Shown here one piece after another: positions 43,010-57,293 of a stretch of DNA of 64,000 nucleotides. The DNA lies in the NCBI GenBank assembly GCA_951406725.2, contig OX597821.1, forward strand, positions 31,496,001 to 31,560,000. The letters are read 5' to 3'. This DNA comes from Octopus vulgaris. Taxonomy: Eukaryota. Numbering within the stretch: the first letter of the stretch is position 1; the number at the start of each line of letters is the position of its first letter. Under the pieces are notes generated by a model, which was not told the DNA's origin, ran no database searches, and worked only from the letters and a program-made list of their open reading frames with translations. The translations under genes were made by a program, and so were the position numbers.

Positions 43010-43205
43010 CTAGGCCAACAGCTTTGGGACGTAGGGATTAGAAAATTACGAAACTTAATACTTCACTCGTTGATTAATTTATCACCCAGAGTGGGATGAA
43101 CCAAAGTGTTGGCCACGATGAAATTTGAACTCAAAAGCTACAGACACGGAACTGATTTTATGTATCATTTTTCTCGGATGATCTAAAGCTTCTGTCAGCT
43201 AGTCG
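43010..43205 (-). mobile_element. Old family-2 SINE
   Basis: ttaatttatc...aatttgaactcaaa...tctgtcagct, degenerate match to 7263-7495. Confidence 0.6.
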
Positions 43206-43614
43206 TATAATGCCAACTCACACATTTAATAGTTTCTGATATAATCACAAAGCTGGCAATTTTCATGGGAGAGAGACAGAGACAGAGACAGAGAGAGTTT
43301 GGCCGATTTTATGGAGGAATTATCAACACTGGCATCTTTATTCAGAATGAATAGAGTCGGAAAAAAAAGAGGTATCTTATTCCGCAGCTCTAACGCTTGA
43401 GCCCGATCAGCGTATTCCATAATTCAACACATAGATATATAACTAAATATCTTAAATTAGCTACAAATAAATAATTTCACTTAGTTTACTTTAAACCAGC
43501 TTGTAGAAAATTACGCTGAATTGCATGGACAACTTCTAATATTCTTCGAAGCAATTGTACGTTCCGGTCATTGTAACCAAATAATCTTACCAAAGAGAGA
43601 CATCCACACATTTG

Positions 43615-43686
43615 TGTGTATATATAATCAAACATATATATATAATATATATATATGTGTGTGTATACATATCCATATATATATAC

Positions 43687-43747
<61 letters not shown>

Positions 43748-43837
43748 TGCAGATATATATATATATATATATGTATACATACATATATATATATATATAT
43801 ACATGGACATACCCACTTATATATATATAAATAAATA

Positions 43838-43920
<83 letters not shown>

Positions 43921-44028
43921 TTGTATATATATAGGCAGGTATAGGTTGATAGATAGATACATAATTAGTTAGAGAAAGAGAGGATGAAAGAGTCATATGC
44001 ATTTATAATACATCTATCTATCTATATG

Positions 44029-44079
<51 letters not shown>

Positions 44080-44117
44080 CTGTGTGTGCTGTGTGTGTGT
44101 GTGTGTGTGTGTGTGTA
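43615..44117. repeat. Long compound (TA)n/(TG)n microsatellite
   Basis: Direct read. Confidence 0.95.
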
Positions 44118-46201
44118 TTTTATGGATATCTTGTTTTATCATAATTTAATATTACATTTTCTTTTGCTGTCATAGATGTCACGAAGTATGTCTTTGTTCA
44201 ATATAACTCAGATGTTTAATTGAAAGTTCTATGAATTACTTTCAGCTTAAATTTAACGATGAGGACATTCTGGGTACAGAACCTGATATACCACCGCCGA
44301 AGTTTGTGTTTTATACTACAGATAGTATTGAATTTGCAACTCACATACATAAATATATACTTAGGTATATTTTGTAACAGTTTTCCGCCGAAATTCTATT
44401 CACGTAACAACAATATGAATGTAAATCTAATGTATATTGCCGTCATCTACCATCGTTTCAAGTAGGAAACATTTTCGTCAGGGACAGTGTGAAGTCGGCG
44501 ACTACATGTACTGAATACACCTTCCGTTTCTCTATATGAAAAATATAATATATTCAGTGAAATAATGGAAGGTGAGCATGAATATATGAGCGACTCTTGA
44601 TGTACATGTGCTTTTAAGTTCAAATCTAATGGTCTATGTGATCCATATTGTTGATAATTAAATTCTTACTACTTGCACTAAAACATCGAGCAACAGAAAC
44701 AGTCTTATTCTATTTCCTACAGAGAAGTTGAAACGAGAAAATGAAGCATAATACATTAGCTTAGTCTCTATGTACTATTCTGAATTTGAATAACACAATT
44801 AGGTGGTAATATATGAATAAGCAATGTTTTTTTTGGCATTTGCACCGCGACTAATTCAAAAATCATATAGTTGATTATATTAAAATTCAACTGCCGTTTC
44901 GTGATAGCAAAAACATTTTAAAAGATAATACTATTCAGTAACATAGAATAACAAAAGTGACGTTAGTGTTGAGTGTTAAAAATTGCCAATGCAGTTTATT
45001 ACATGAATTTACTAATATTGTATACGTAAAAAGAATGGTTTAAATTCCATTATTAGTTTAATTCCTGTTCCGCTGTTCATGATCTTGCAAAATTCACTTT
45101 TCAGATCGTTAGAACATTAAATTTTGCACTACAAGAAAGAAAATAATATGCTAAGGAAAACCACACTTACACAGCCACCTCAAAATATAGTGTATCTAAT
45201 TAATATGCATTAGATTTTAATGAAAACTATTTTGATAGCATTCGCAACACATTTTGTGCAACTCTCCCCTCTGAAATTAAAGAGGTAAGAAACTCTGCAA
45301 TTAGTATTAGTGCATGTTCTAAATTACCTGGCATGCTCTTTCCTTTGCTGTATTTCAATTACAAGATCGATTAATTTCATACTATGTATATGCTTTAATT
45401 TTCGTTTTCAAGGTGATTTATTTTTTATGTATTTCAAACGCGGTGAACCCAAATATTCGAGGACGTTTTATTCTGAATATGAAGTCATCAAATGCGTTTT
45501 ATTTAATCTCTGATTAATCATTTAATGAAATATCATGAAAAAAACATGTCATGTAAATATGTTATGCAAGTCAATGCAAATTTGTGTTTCAGTTGCATAC
45601 TCTCAACGTGTGCAAGTTTCATTAAGAAGATGCGTATCATACTGAGATTTGCTGCCTTGTATACAATCAGTACATAATTTCTTAAGAGTGAAAATGCTTC
45701 CAGTTTTGTTTTACTTATATGAATTATATTTAATAGCTTTTCTTTTTTTCTCATCTTTAGTGGAACTATAATTAAAGCTCTACTCGTCGTAGTGTAAATG
45801 GACAAAAGTATGCACTCATCTGTTAATAATGTTGACGAACAATTGTCCTGCTTCCTTTCAATAGATCGATTTTGCTTAGAATATTTCAATATATTGACAA
45901 AGAATATAAAACAATTTTCAGGATTTCAAAGAATACAAGAAAATATGACATAGTGGTAAAAAATATATATTTACATCAAGTCCCTTTATCTGTACCCATT
46001 TCTTAACTCCTGTATTCCTATTCCCATACAAAACTCTCGTCACCTACCGTGAAGTATAAAAGGAACTCCTTTTCAGCTTATCGTAAATGATACGAAAAAA
46101 TCCGGATCAATTGGTCCCTGAGGGATGTTTTAATACATTTACTATGGCTTGCTTGAAGCTAAATTCTTTCCTATGCCTCGATCTTTGGATCTTATATATA
46201 C

Positions 46202-46825
<624 letters not shown>

Positions 46826-47474
46826 GCACACTTATACTCCCATAGCTTAGTGTTCAAAATACAAGTTCTTCAGGAGTCGAACCGAAATATTTATGAAACT
46901 CAAACTGTTTAGTTGTAGACCTAAGACTTACAGATGCAAATTCATTTTCAATATCAATAATTCAAATGCTTTACCTTTTTCTGCTGATGGATATAAAACT
47001 GAAGACAGCTAAATGTATTTTCCTCACTCACTGGTGGGGGGGGGGGAGTATCAGTAACGTTGTAACGATAGAATGCGAGTGGCGAACCCTAACGTGGTCA
47101 ATTCTTTCGCGGTGAAACACGAAACGTAGAAAATAAATAAGTTTTCCTCATATTTACGTACATATGTGTGTGTGTGTGTGTGTGTGAGAGTGTGTGTGTG
47201 AGAGAGAGAGTTTATTCATATATATTCGTATATATACTTACAGTATGATTCAAGACTGAACATATGATGGAGCGGAGGCTCCTATTTGCCCATGAAATAT
47301 AAATTCATGCAGGCAGACACATGCAAACAGCAAATAACTCTAATCAAACATGTTGAGAGCTACATTAGTGTATATACGACGTTATATTTGTATATATATA
47401 TATATATAAATCTCCGTGTGTGCGCGCGTATGTGTCTGTGGGAGTGTTTGAGTGTATCCACATGTATTTATATG

Positions 47475-47554
<80 letters not shown>

Positions 47555-48379
47555 TATGTCTCTGTGTGCACGTAACTAATATTACATCTTTATATATGTT
47601 CATGATAAATTGATTGATTACGAACTGGATTTGCATCAACACTGTAGGATATGTAAAATTCCAATAATACGAAAATAAGAAACACATAAATATAATTCTT
47701 ATCTCTTAAGGCAAATCAGGTGCACGAAGTTTTCGATATATAGATTTATTTCTTCAGTTTCGATATAAACATATCGGAGTTAATCTATTTCTATTTTTAC
47801 TTCGAATATATGAAAATCTTAAACTATGATGGAGATATCCATCAAGATTTCAACTAGTGATATATGACAGGTTACGTTTTAAAATGTATCATACGAAGAT
47901 ATTAATAAGCCAATCTACTTTTTAAAATTAAAAACCCGGTGTTCGTTTTACCAAGAATTAATACAGTTTGGTCATAATATACACTTATCATGGAATTGTG
48001 ACAGGTGTGTATTTTTGTTATTTCTGCTAGAATATACTTCTACAATGTAGAATTATATTTTCATCCATTGGATGAAAGTCCTAAAGCCTGGATCGAAATA
48101 AATGATGTGGATCTAATCACGAGATGATAGACGAGGATTAGGTGATGTAGACATGTATTCACACACAGTCCAAATATGTGCGAATTTTAAATAATAGCTT
48201 ATGTACAATTTCCATACGTGTATAAGTTTTACCTTGGTCCATACGAAAATATACTTTTGAGATTATGCATTACCATGAGAAACAGTAATTCCCTGGACGT
48301 TGTCTACGTTTCTAACTTTTCACCTGCAAATATATATGCCTGTGCATGCATATTCTGATATATATATATATATATATAT

Positions 48380-48716
48380 AATTGCAGCGTGGAAGGTGTT
48401 TATAAGCCATTTAAGAAACACACAAAAGCCGTTCGATTCACTTCAACATTTAAGTTTAATTTGTCAAAATATTTTCGTCGCTAAAATCCGCGACCTGTTC
48501 ACTGACAAAGTCCGTGCTGCATCTCGGACTTTGTCAGTGAGCAGGTCGCGATTTTAGCGACGAAAATATTTTGACAAATTAAACTTAAATGTTGAAGTGA
48601 ATCAAACGGCTTTTGTGTGTTTCTTAAATGGCTTATAAACACCTTCTACGCTGCAATTGTTTTCGTTTCAGCACACGATCTCAGATCAAATTACTTGCTA
48701 TGCGAGTACATCTCCG

Positions 48717-48720
<4 letters not shown>
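48380..48720. mobile_element. Foldback element: ~135-bp near-perfect palindrome plus 60-bp tail, inside (TA)n
   Basis: 48380-48514 pairs with 48525-48658; loop tgctgcatct. Confidence 0.92.
48530..48578 (+). ncRNA. Hammerhead-like motif with G3:C8 core (mirror copy at 48460-48509, minus strand)
   Basis: TTTGTCA-GTGAGCA-G-GTCGC(GATTTTA)GCGAC-GAAAATATTT-TGACAAA. Confidence 0.6.
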
Positions 48721-48808
<88 letters not shown>

Positions 48809-48811
<3 letters not shown>

Positions 48812-48927
48812 CTGCTCGCTTAGCCAGCGGGGTGGCGTCATTCGAAGGCTAAAACAATGCGAACGCATTGTGACAAGCGATGTGTAACAACATCTGATGG
48901 TCTGGTCGGTCACGTGATCACGTGATA
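48809..48927 (+). mobile_element. SINE tail-B-only copy inside (TA)n
   Basis: Matches the reverse complement of 46261-46382. Confidence 0.88.
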
Positions 48928-49100
48928 TATATATATACTAATAAAAAGGGTTCAGCAAAGATTTGCTTCACCACACACCGAAGTTTAGAAATAGCAGCCA
49001 AAAATCTTAGCTATTTCTTCTCCCGGAGAAACCAAAATACTTGAAGATAATTCACACAAGCAGAGAGTAAAGCAACGAAAATCAATCAATATCTAGTTAT

Positions 49101-49183
49101 CCATGGACGCGCGTTTCTGAATTAGGTTTTGCAAAAAAGAATATAAAATTATACTTTACTACCCATATTCTTCATTGGCATGG
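49101..49183 (-). ncRNA. Degenerate HHR-like motif within a PLE-like module (48937-49300)
   Basis: Reverse complement CCATG-CCAATGA-AGAAT...ATTCA-GAAACGCGCGTC-CATGG; stem I CCATG/CATGG, palindromic stem III. Confidence 0.55.
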
Positions 49184-49299
49184 CTTTCCACGATAATTCG
49201 AAGGTACTAGAATAGTTGAACAAATCTTTCTACCTAACGGTATTAGACAGATCAAATTCAATGTTAGCACCGCCGAATTCAAAATATGAATGAGGTTCG

Positions 49300-49336
<37 letters not shown>

Positions 49337-49578
49337 GTGCTAGTGTCAGCTGGCGAGGGTGATTGCCTCCCTTTTGCAAATATAAGGATACAGAAAATGT
49401 GTCAAAGCCGACAGGAAACCTCGATGTTTCCTAGGGCTAAATGGCGGTGGTGTAATTCTCTTACGAGACTGTCACATTGAGTTGACAGTATTCAACCACT
49501 ATATCGCCCCACCACCGCTTATGTCTCTCTGAGACATTTAAAAATTCAATATTTATAATAATAATGATAATAATAATA

Positions 49579-49609
<31 letters not shown>

Positions 49610-49653
49610 ACTGGGAGTTTTATCATGGCTACTGAATAATTGTCACATACTAT

Positions 49654-49701
<48 letters not shown>

Positions 49702-49799
49702 TGTGTATGTATGTGCATACATATATTTACATACTCACACATTCATACACGTATAACTACACACACACGAGCATTGCCGTGCCACACTAACACTTGATT

Positions 49800-50500
49800 T
49801 TTATCCATAGACCTCAGAGGTTGCTGTGATTTGCTGGTCTAATTTCTTGGGCAGCTTTTCTTTGTAACTGGTCCCTGTAGACGCCATTTCCAGGCAATAT
49901 TGCAGCAGAAGCACTTTAGCATCCTCAAAGACCGTTAACGTCAGACATTGTTGCGGACGCTTGAGACAGGAATTTATTTTTGGCAGGAGATTCCAAATTA
50001 TTCCACTCCATAGTGTGCCTTTTGGATTCTAGCTCGGAGTGACTGTTCCTTCTTTGAAGGTTCTTCTTGCAGTCGAATAAGCTTTGTCAGATCTTCTCCA
50101 GGCACGTACCCTTATAGGATTTAGTAAACTCTCGGCATCCATCTAGGTTAGATTTACGGAAGCGAACCATGTCGTTGATGATTTTGTATGTAGAACTATA
50201 ACTGATTTGCAGAGAACATGCTAGTTCTTCGATGGTCACTCGTCGGTTCGCGCAACCTCTCTCTCTCTCGATCTTGTTGAATTTTCTTCGTGTCTCACAC
50301 TTTCCTTGCCATTTCTAAAATTTTGACTTACTCATACACACTCCTGTCTCGAGTCGTACAAAAAGACTGCAATGAATTTCAGCCCATGATTCACCTTCAG
50401 AAAGAGAAATCAGACCACTGATCCCTGTTCAACATTGCTGTACACTTCCAGTTGAGCGGTCATTTTTCCTTTGTAATACAACGAAGAAAGCCGGAGCGAT
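49800..50500 (-). mobile_element. Mariner transposase pseudogene (N-terminal half)
   Basis: AEIHC...SVYE...NRRVTIEELACSLQISYSSTYKIIND...FRK; PRWMPR (WVPR motif); LTVFEDAKVLL. Confidence 0.82.
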
Positions 50501-51550
50501 CAAGATCAAACCTTGGTTATATGATACGGGAACCCCACTATTGAGCGATCTGTATGCAGTCACCCCTAAAGTAAATTTCAGTGTGGATAAGTTTTGCTTT
50601 CCACTAGTATATGTACACACACACAGATCCACAGTCACACAGACACACAGACACACACAGACATACACGCGCACACACGCAATACGTAGTAGATGTATAC
50701 TGATGTATTCTTCTAACCTCCAATTATCTGACATTTTGCATGACCAGTTTGTTATCTTTTTTCTGTTCACTAAAAAAAAGAATGCTATATTTTCCACAAA
50801 ATCAATGCGTAGTTGTTAACCATTTCAAATTTTATATCTAAAATATTTCTACATTTCTAATTAATATCTCGAGTATTTCAGCAAGCATTACTTACATTAA
50901 TCTACGACGTTATTAGTAGTGTGTACATGCTGCATGCAAAGTGAAATATCTTTAGAAGGTTATTTAGGAATCATCTTTGCTGCGATAATTCGAACTCGTG
51001 AATTTATGTTGCTGACACCAGTTGTAACTAGTTTTTAGCTAGACTGTTTCTGCTACACAGTTACATTGGAGTAACTTCGTGTATTTGGAAATTTGAATAG
51101 CACACAATATTTTTCATTGTTATATAATTTACATTATTTATAAATAAATGAACAATATTTTATAGACATTTCTATTTGACATTAATCACGACAGTAATAC
51201 AGAAATTCAGTTATATGAGTATAATGTGATACGCTGCATCATATTATATTCATAATTACTTACACACCGAAATTATATTCCAATTTACAGACGCAGTCAA
51301 GCAAGTCAAATTACGAAAATAATTGGTTGGAATTACAGTAGTATGAGACCACTATAGGTTGTATTTAAAGTTAAGTGAACATCATTAATATCAGAGATAT
51401 ATTTCAAATCGTAACATATGAAGAGATTAGGTGGAATATCAATGTTTCTACCACCTCACATTTTCTGCATCTTTTTTCTGATAGCATGTATTACCAGAAT
51501 ATTTATTAGTTGTTACCCTTGGAGTGCACAAAATATGAGCTAATACATTT

Positions 51551-51553
<3 letters not shown>

Positions 51554-51639
<86 letters not shown>

Positions 51640-51650
51640 ATATATGTATA
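51554..51650. repeat. (TA)n microsatellite
   Basis: Direct read. Confidence 0.97.
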
Positions 51651-54606
51651 TTTAGCGTTATCAACTGGCATATATTAGATGTTCTGTTTAGGCAGAACTG
51701 CTTCGATGAAACTCTTTGTAGTTAATTTCATCGATATATTGCTAGATAAATGTGCTAATGAATATTACAAATAATAGGTATGATAGAAATGCAATATATG
51801 AATATTCGAACATCATCTCAATTCTTCATTCACTGCCACTTGGATTTTCCTATAATTTTGCCTCTCCTTACGCATTTGTATTTATCACCTTGTAACGCCT
51901 TTCTTCAATGAATAAATGCACACGCTATTCATATTTTATCTCATCTCTTTAATCATATCTATTGTCTTCCCTTCATCTAACATTTTGCTTTCCCATTGCA
52001 TACATTGTGTATACTTCTGCATTGCTACGCAGTAAAATTGTGCCAAGGAAATATACATTTGAATTTATGTGCGTGTATATACCTGTTCGGTATTTCACCA
52101 TGCATCCTGGACGCCTAGTTTCCTTTAGCTTTTTGCATTTGCTTTCATGTACTTACTATTTGAAGGTGGGAAATACGAATATCGTTAGTGTAATTCTTTT
52201 GATTCTGGATTCAAATTCTACTTCAATATAATTTCCCTTTCATTTTTCTTGGCTCGATGATATTAATGCAAGTGATATATTGAACTGATGCAATCAATGT
52301 ATCCATATATCATGAAAGTAAAAATCACTAGGTTGGGATGAAAAAGTGCAGTCGAATGTCATATCCAATAAATCTTGGATATTTAAATTTTGCACAGACA
52401 TTCCTTTTACATTCCGGCTTGATAAATCCTACAGCAGTATTAACCTGTAGAATCGTCATATCGTTTAATTCGTTGCTGACTGGAGTTCCAAACATACCAT
52501 GGTTAAAAAGATTTTAAAGATATTATTTGTGATAGGTTCAGATACACGGACTGCTGCTGATTCGATAGAGCGCCTATCAAAAATATTTAGGCATGTCATA
52601 TGTTTCGGGCTCAAATATGATGCGGATCGCCTATCAAATACGTAGACATAGTGAATAGACTGTAAATTTGTAGAAATGTTTCTCATTGCGACAAAGCCAA
52701 AACGGATTCCTTAGTAATAAAATAGAAGGCGAATTAGTGACAGGTTTGGACAGCTTCAATATAATACATATATTTGTTCACCGTGGAAATACCTAGGAGA
52801 TTTCATACTTGCCGCCTCGATAACATAGATAAAAGAAACAAGAACAAAGACTTATTGAGTATACACTACGGTTACTTAATTCTAATATACAACACGCATA
52901 TAAATTTATGGCTTTGTGAAGCCGTAAGAAATTATTATTTGAGGAAAAAAACACCTCACTTTCAAAATCCGCATTTTAAAAAATATTACTATACATATAT
53001 ATTACGAAATAGAATATAAAATATCTACAGTGTCAATATATTCCCAAACGCCAGATGCAATATTCAATGCATATTGCATCTGATTCTTTCATCAGTATTC
53101 TTCAAAACCCTTTCCTTTGAATTCTTTTCTTTACACTACGAGATTTGCCGTCATACAGTTCCTCAGAAATAGAAATTATTTTCTAAACATATCTGTTTAC
53201 TCGAGCATAACTCTCACTTATTTTCAATAAAATATTTGAAAGGATGAATGTGCGACATTCAGGTGTTCATGTATTCATTCGTACATACATCTATTCATTT
53301 ATATTTTATTATAGAGTTATATATCTCAAACTCCATGCTATATTGCTTGATTTGTGTTTTCATTTTATTTGTGATTTTTTTTTTTTTGACAATTACTCTT
53401 TCTCATATAACATGGGCATGTCAACCTTCTTGCAGAAGACTCTAGCGAGTAATATGTACTTCATATGTATATTCATTCACTATAGATATTCAAAGCAATT
53501 CTTTCTTACATATTTAATTTATGATGTATAATATACACTGTAATATATCATATCTATATATTCTACAGTCTAATACAAATGTCTCAACGCAAAAATTTAA
53601 TTCAATACTTTCCTAATTATATTTTGTTATATAAAGTATCTGCCAAATATGTGCCTGCAAGGAAATTAATTAATTTGCATGTACACGAATGATGATATAT
53701 CATTTAATTTTGGCTTTTATTTAACATTTCACATACCAACAGATACGTCAATATTACTTAAATTTATCATCACAATAATGACTTAAAGTTCTTACATATA
53801 TAGCCAAATTCTCCTGTTCAACAATATGTATACTCAGTAGTACAGCGGGGCACAAATTGCATATTCTTCTTACCCGCTGGATCTGGTTTAATTTTGAGTA
53901 TAATATATAATCCAAAATTCAGAAAAAATATTTTTTTCCACTACTTCTTAAAATACGCACAGAATTAGGAACAAATATCATATTGTTTTTCAGTAAATCA
54001 AAGAATTTTAGGCAACTGCTATTACACAATCATTGGAAACATTTCAGTGGTAGTGATCGGAAACGTGGAAGAAATCTACTAAATGACCCCCGACCCCAAC
54101 GGCAGGAATTAATGTTCAGTATGGACTTACGAAGGAGGAAAGTGTTAATACTACTGCAATGCAAGCATTATGATTTTATGCTCTTTACTAGCACGACGGT
54201 AATCTCAATGGTTTCCAATTGAAGTAGGTGCCAACATTTTTAACATTTGCCAGTGATATATTTCACCTGGTCTTTCTGCTGAATTCCCATCATAGATGAT
54301 CGGGACATGCTCCATCATATTAATATAATAACGTTTAACCATTTCTATAAAGGTTCATCACATTATGGACCATGAGGTTTCTTATACAGGTTGGAATCAA
54401 GGAACTTTCCTGCGAGAGACATGCATAAATGAAACGTCCTTTAGCTTTTTATCACTTTCTAGAATTCACCTTCTGTATTTGTCTCTGTAATAGAAGACAC
54501 CCTACGCAATTTTAGACGATTTAGTGACTGCGTTAGAAAATATTTTGTTATTGTTGATGTTTACCAATAGAATTTCTTCTTTCCCCTTGATGTAACGTTT
54601 GTCCCT

Positions 54607-54905
54607 GTGGAGGCACATGGCCTAGTGGTTAGAACAGCGGACTCGCGGTCGAGTGATCGCCAGTTCGAACCTCAGACCGAGCAATGTGTGTGTTTATGAG
54701 CGAAACATCTAAGCTCCATGCGGCTCTAGCAGAAGGTAATGGTGAAACTTCTGCCGACTCTCTCGCCACAACTTTCTATCACTCTTCCCTCCTGCATCTT
54801 GCAGCTCACCTGCGACGGACCGGCGTCCCGTCCAGGTGGGGAACCTATACGCCAAGAAACTGGGAAACCGGCGCTATGAGCCAGGCATGGTTCGAAAAGG
54901 AACAA
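54607..54905 (+). mobile_element. tRNA-derived SINE (OR-like head), tail type C (Meta-domain-like)
   Basis: TGGCCTAGTGG A box, AGTTCGAACC B box; 3' CCTGCGACGGACCGGCGTCCCGTCCAGG...GAAACTGGGAAACCGGC. Confidence 0.85.
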
Positions 54906-56239
54906 TCAACACCAAGAAAAAGTTTGTCGCTGTTCATAGTTTTGATATTGATTTGCCGTTTTTGCTACTGATGATGATTTCAATATATGATCTTCAATGT
55001 CAATATCAATCATTCTTTTTTTATATGAAGAATGTTAAAACTTGTACTTCCCAATGCATTAATTTTCTTTATTTATTTACATGTTTGTTTTATTTTTCCA
55101 ATCGCAACTAGCAGTGCTGTTTATGTAGTTGATTAGTAGTTTCTTCTCATAGCAGTTGTTTTTACTAGGGTTGATTTTTGCATCATTTCTTCGCTGCAAC
55201 ATGTCATTACTGCCGCTTTCGGTATTACACCTACATATCTTTCCAAGAACCATTAAAAGAAGTCATATTTTCCATTTGACATGCACAATTTTCAAAAGTT
55301 TATGTCAGATTTAACGTTCCACAAAAACGATTACCATGACAACCGTGTCTCTCACATCCATTTTTGGACGAAAATCATCTTTATACTTTGAATATAAAAA
55401 TAAATTTGCACGAAAAAAAACATCTACTGTAAATACGCTAATTAAAATGAATTCTGAGAATATAAAACACATTTTATTTCCCCAAATCGCTCTATTCTAT
55501 GTTACGTATTATATTCATAATTGTATAGTATTATAGTACTAATTTACATTATTCAGTTTTTATTACATATTTCTGCAGTGTAGTTCAATATTGATATTTA
55601 CTGTTCCACGTTTTCCTAAGCATTTCTATTGTATAGTTAAATGTTCCCATTCCGCGTTGCTATAATCTATTACATTGTATCTGTATATTACAGTACAATA
55701 TCATCTTGCAGTGTCTCTATAATATATTCTTATATTATTCTGCACCGATTCTATTCTATATTTTAGTGTCATATATTAAAGTTTTCTATTCGTAATTTTA
55801 TGCTAAAATCAAATGTTTCTTTGCTACATATCTAGTCAACAATTTAATGTTTTTTTTTGTTACTTATTCTATTTTTTTAGTTATATGTCAGCATTGTGTA
55901 TTTCAGTTCCCCGGGTTAGAGCACTTGTCGAAAAAGTGTACAGCGTTCGTTACCCTCGGAAATTCAGGATGTGTTGATCGTCAAATTAAAAACGGTATGT
56001 TTCAACTGATGTTCAGTTTGGTTATTGGAAAATTATTACAACGGTTATGGTGTTTAAGGAAGATTTTTTTTCTCATATCTGAGCAACGAAAATTAAATTA
56101 ATCCCTAAGAATATGCAATGTATAATCAGCTTCAAGATAACAGTAGAACACTGCAACAATATGCTAAAAAAGAATTCTGTTTTCCATGTTAAAATCTATC
56201 AAAATTGAACATATTTTGTTCGCTAGATTATTGTTAATT

Positions 56240-56352
56240 TAAGGTGGAGAACTGGTGGAATCGTTACCACGCCGGAGATATTACTTAGCAGCATTTCGTC
56301 CGTCTATATTTTCTGCGTTCAGTTCGAGGTTGATTTTGCCTTTCATCCTTTT
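56240..56352 (+). mobile_element. Family-2 SINE 5' fragment
   Basis: aaggtggagaactggtggaatcgttaccacgccgg...gaggttgattttgcctttcatcctt. Confidence 0.75.
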
Positions 56353-57079
56353 TCCTATGGAAAGAAACTTGAAAATACATTGTGTTGTTGTTTCGTAAAT
56401 GTATATATGTGGATAGTTTTTTTTCATAAAGTAAAAGACTAAATATTATGTATCATTTTCACATGGCAACATATTACATATTTCAAGTATTGTAAAATGT
56501 AAATTCCTGCAAATTCATTGATACCAGCACAAACTGTGTACATATACTGCAGTTGAGTGAAAAACTCTTGAACTATATGCACAGAAATAGAAGAACGTCA
56601 TATTGTATTTGTTCTAGTATTACTTAAGTTTTACCTGTAAATCGTTAAAGGGAAAGACACTGTCGTTCTTATGCTTACGTAGAAATTAATACTAAGTACT
56701 AAGGAAAGATATTACCTTCATCAATGAAAACCACATCAAGAGTGCTTAGGTTACTGCCTTCTTTGGTTAAGTAATACTGACATCCTTTCAAAATCGTTTC
56801 GGCATATCAAATATGAACGAGATATATTTCCATAATATATATTCCCATAAAGATATATATATTTCCATAAAACGTGTTTGCTCGTCATAAGTATTGTGGT
56901 GACTGCTAGCCAATAGAATTCAAAGTTCTTGAATTCGCGAGAACGTTTACGAGGCGTCCTAATTTTTAGTTTACGTTATCATTACTGTTTTGAGTTTTAC
57001 AGTTAGATTAAACAGATTTGACACCTCTCCAGAGTAACACTGTGTTTCCTTCTCTGCGAATAAAAGAGAGGAGTATATT

Positions 57080-57293
57080 CTTTCCTACTCTAGGCAAAAG
57101 CCCGAATTTTGGGGGAGGAAGCCAGTCGATTAGATCGACTCCATTACGCAACTGGTACTTAATTTATCGACCTTAAAAAGATGAAAGGAAACGTTGACTT
57201 CGGCGGAACATGAACACAGAACGTAAAGACAGATGAAATACCAAGCATCAAGCATTTCGCCCGGTGTGCTAACGTTTCCGCCAGCTCGCCGCC
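57080..57293 (-). mobile_element. Family-2 SINE with imperfect TSD
   Basis: Homologous to 7263-7495; flanked by gagaggagtatatt / gagagaagtatatt. Confidence 0.88.

Noticed and set aside
53052-53082. 12-bp hairpin cagatgcaatat/atattgcatctg
   Set aside because: Isolated, short and AT-rich, with no associated structure
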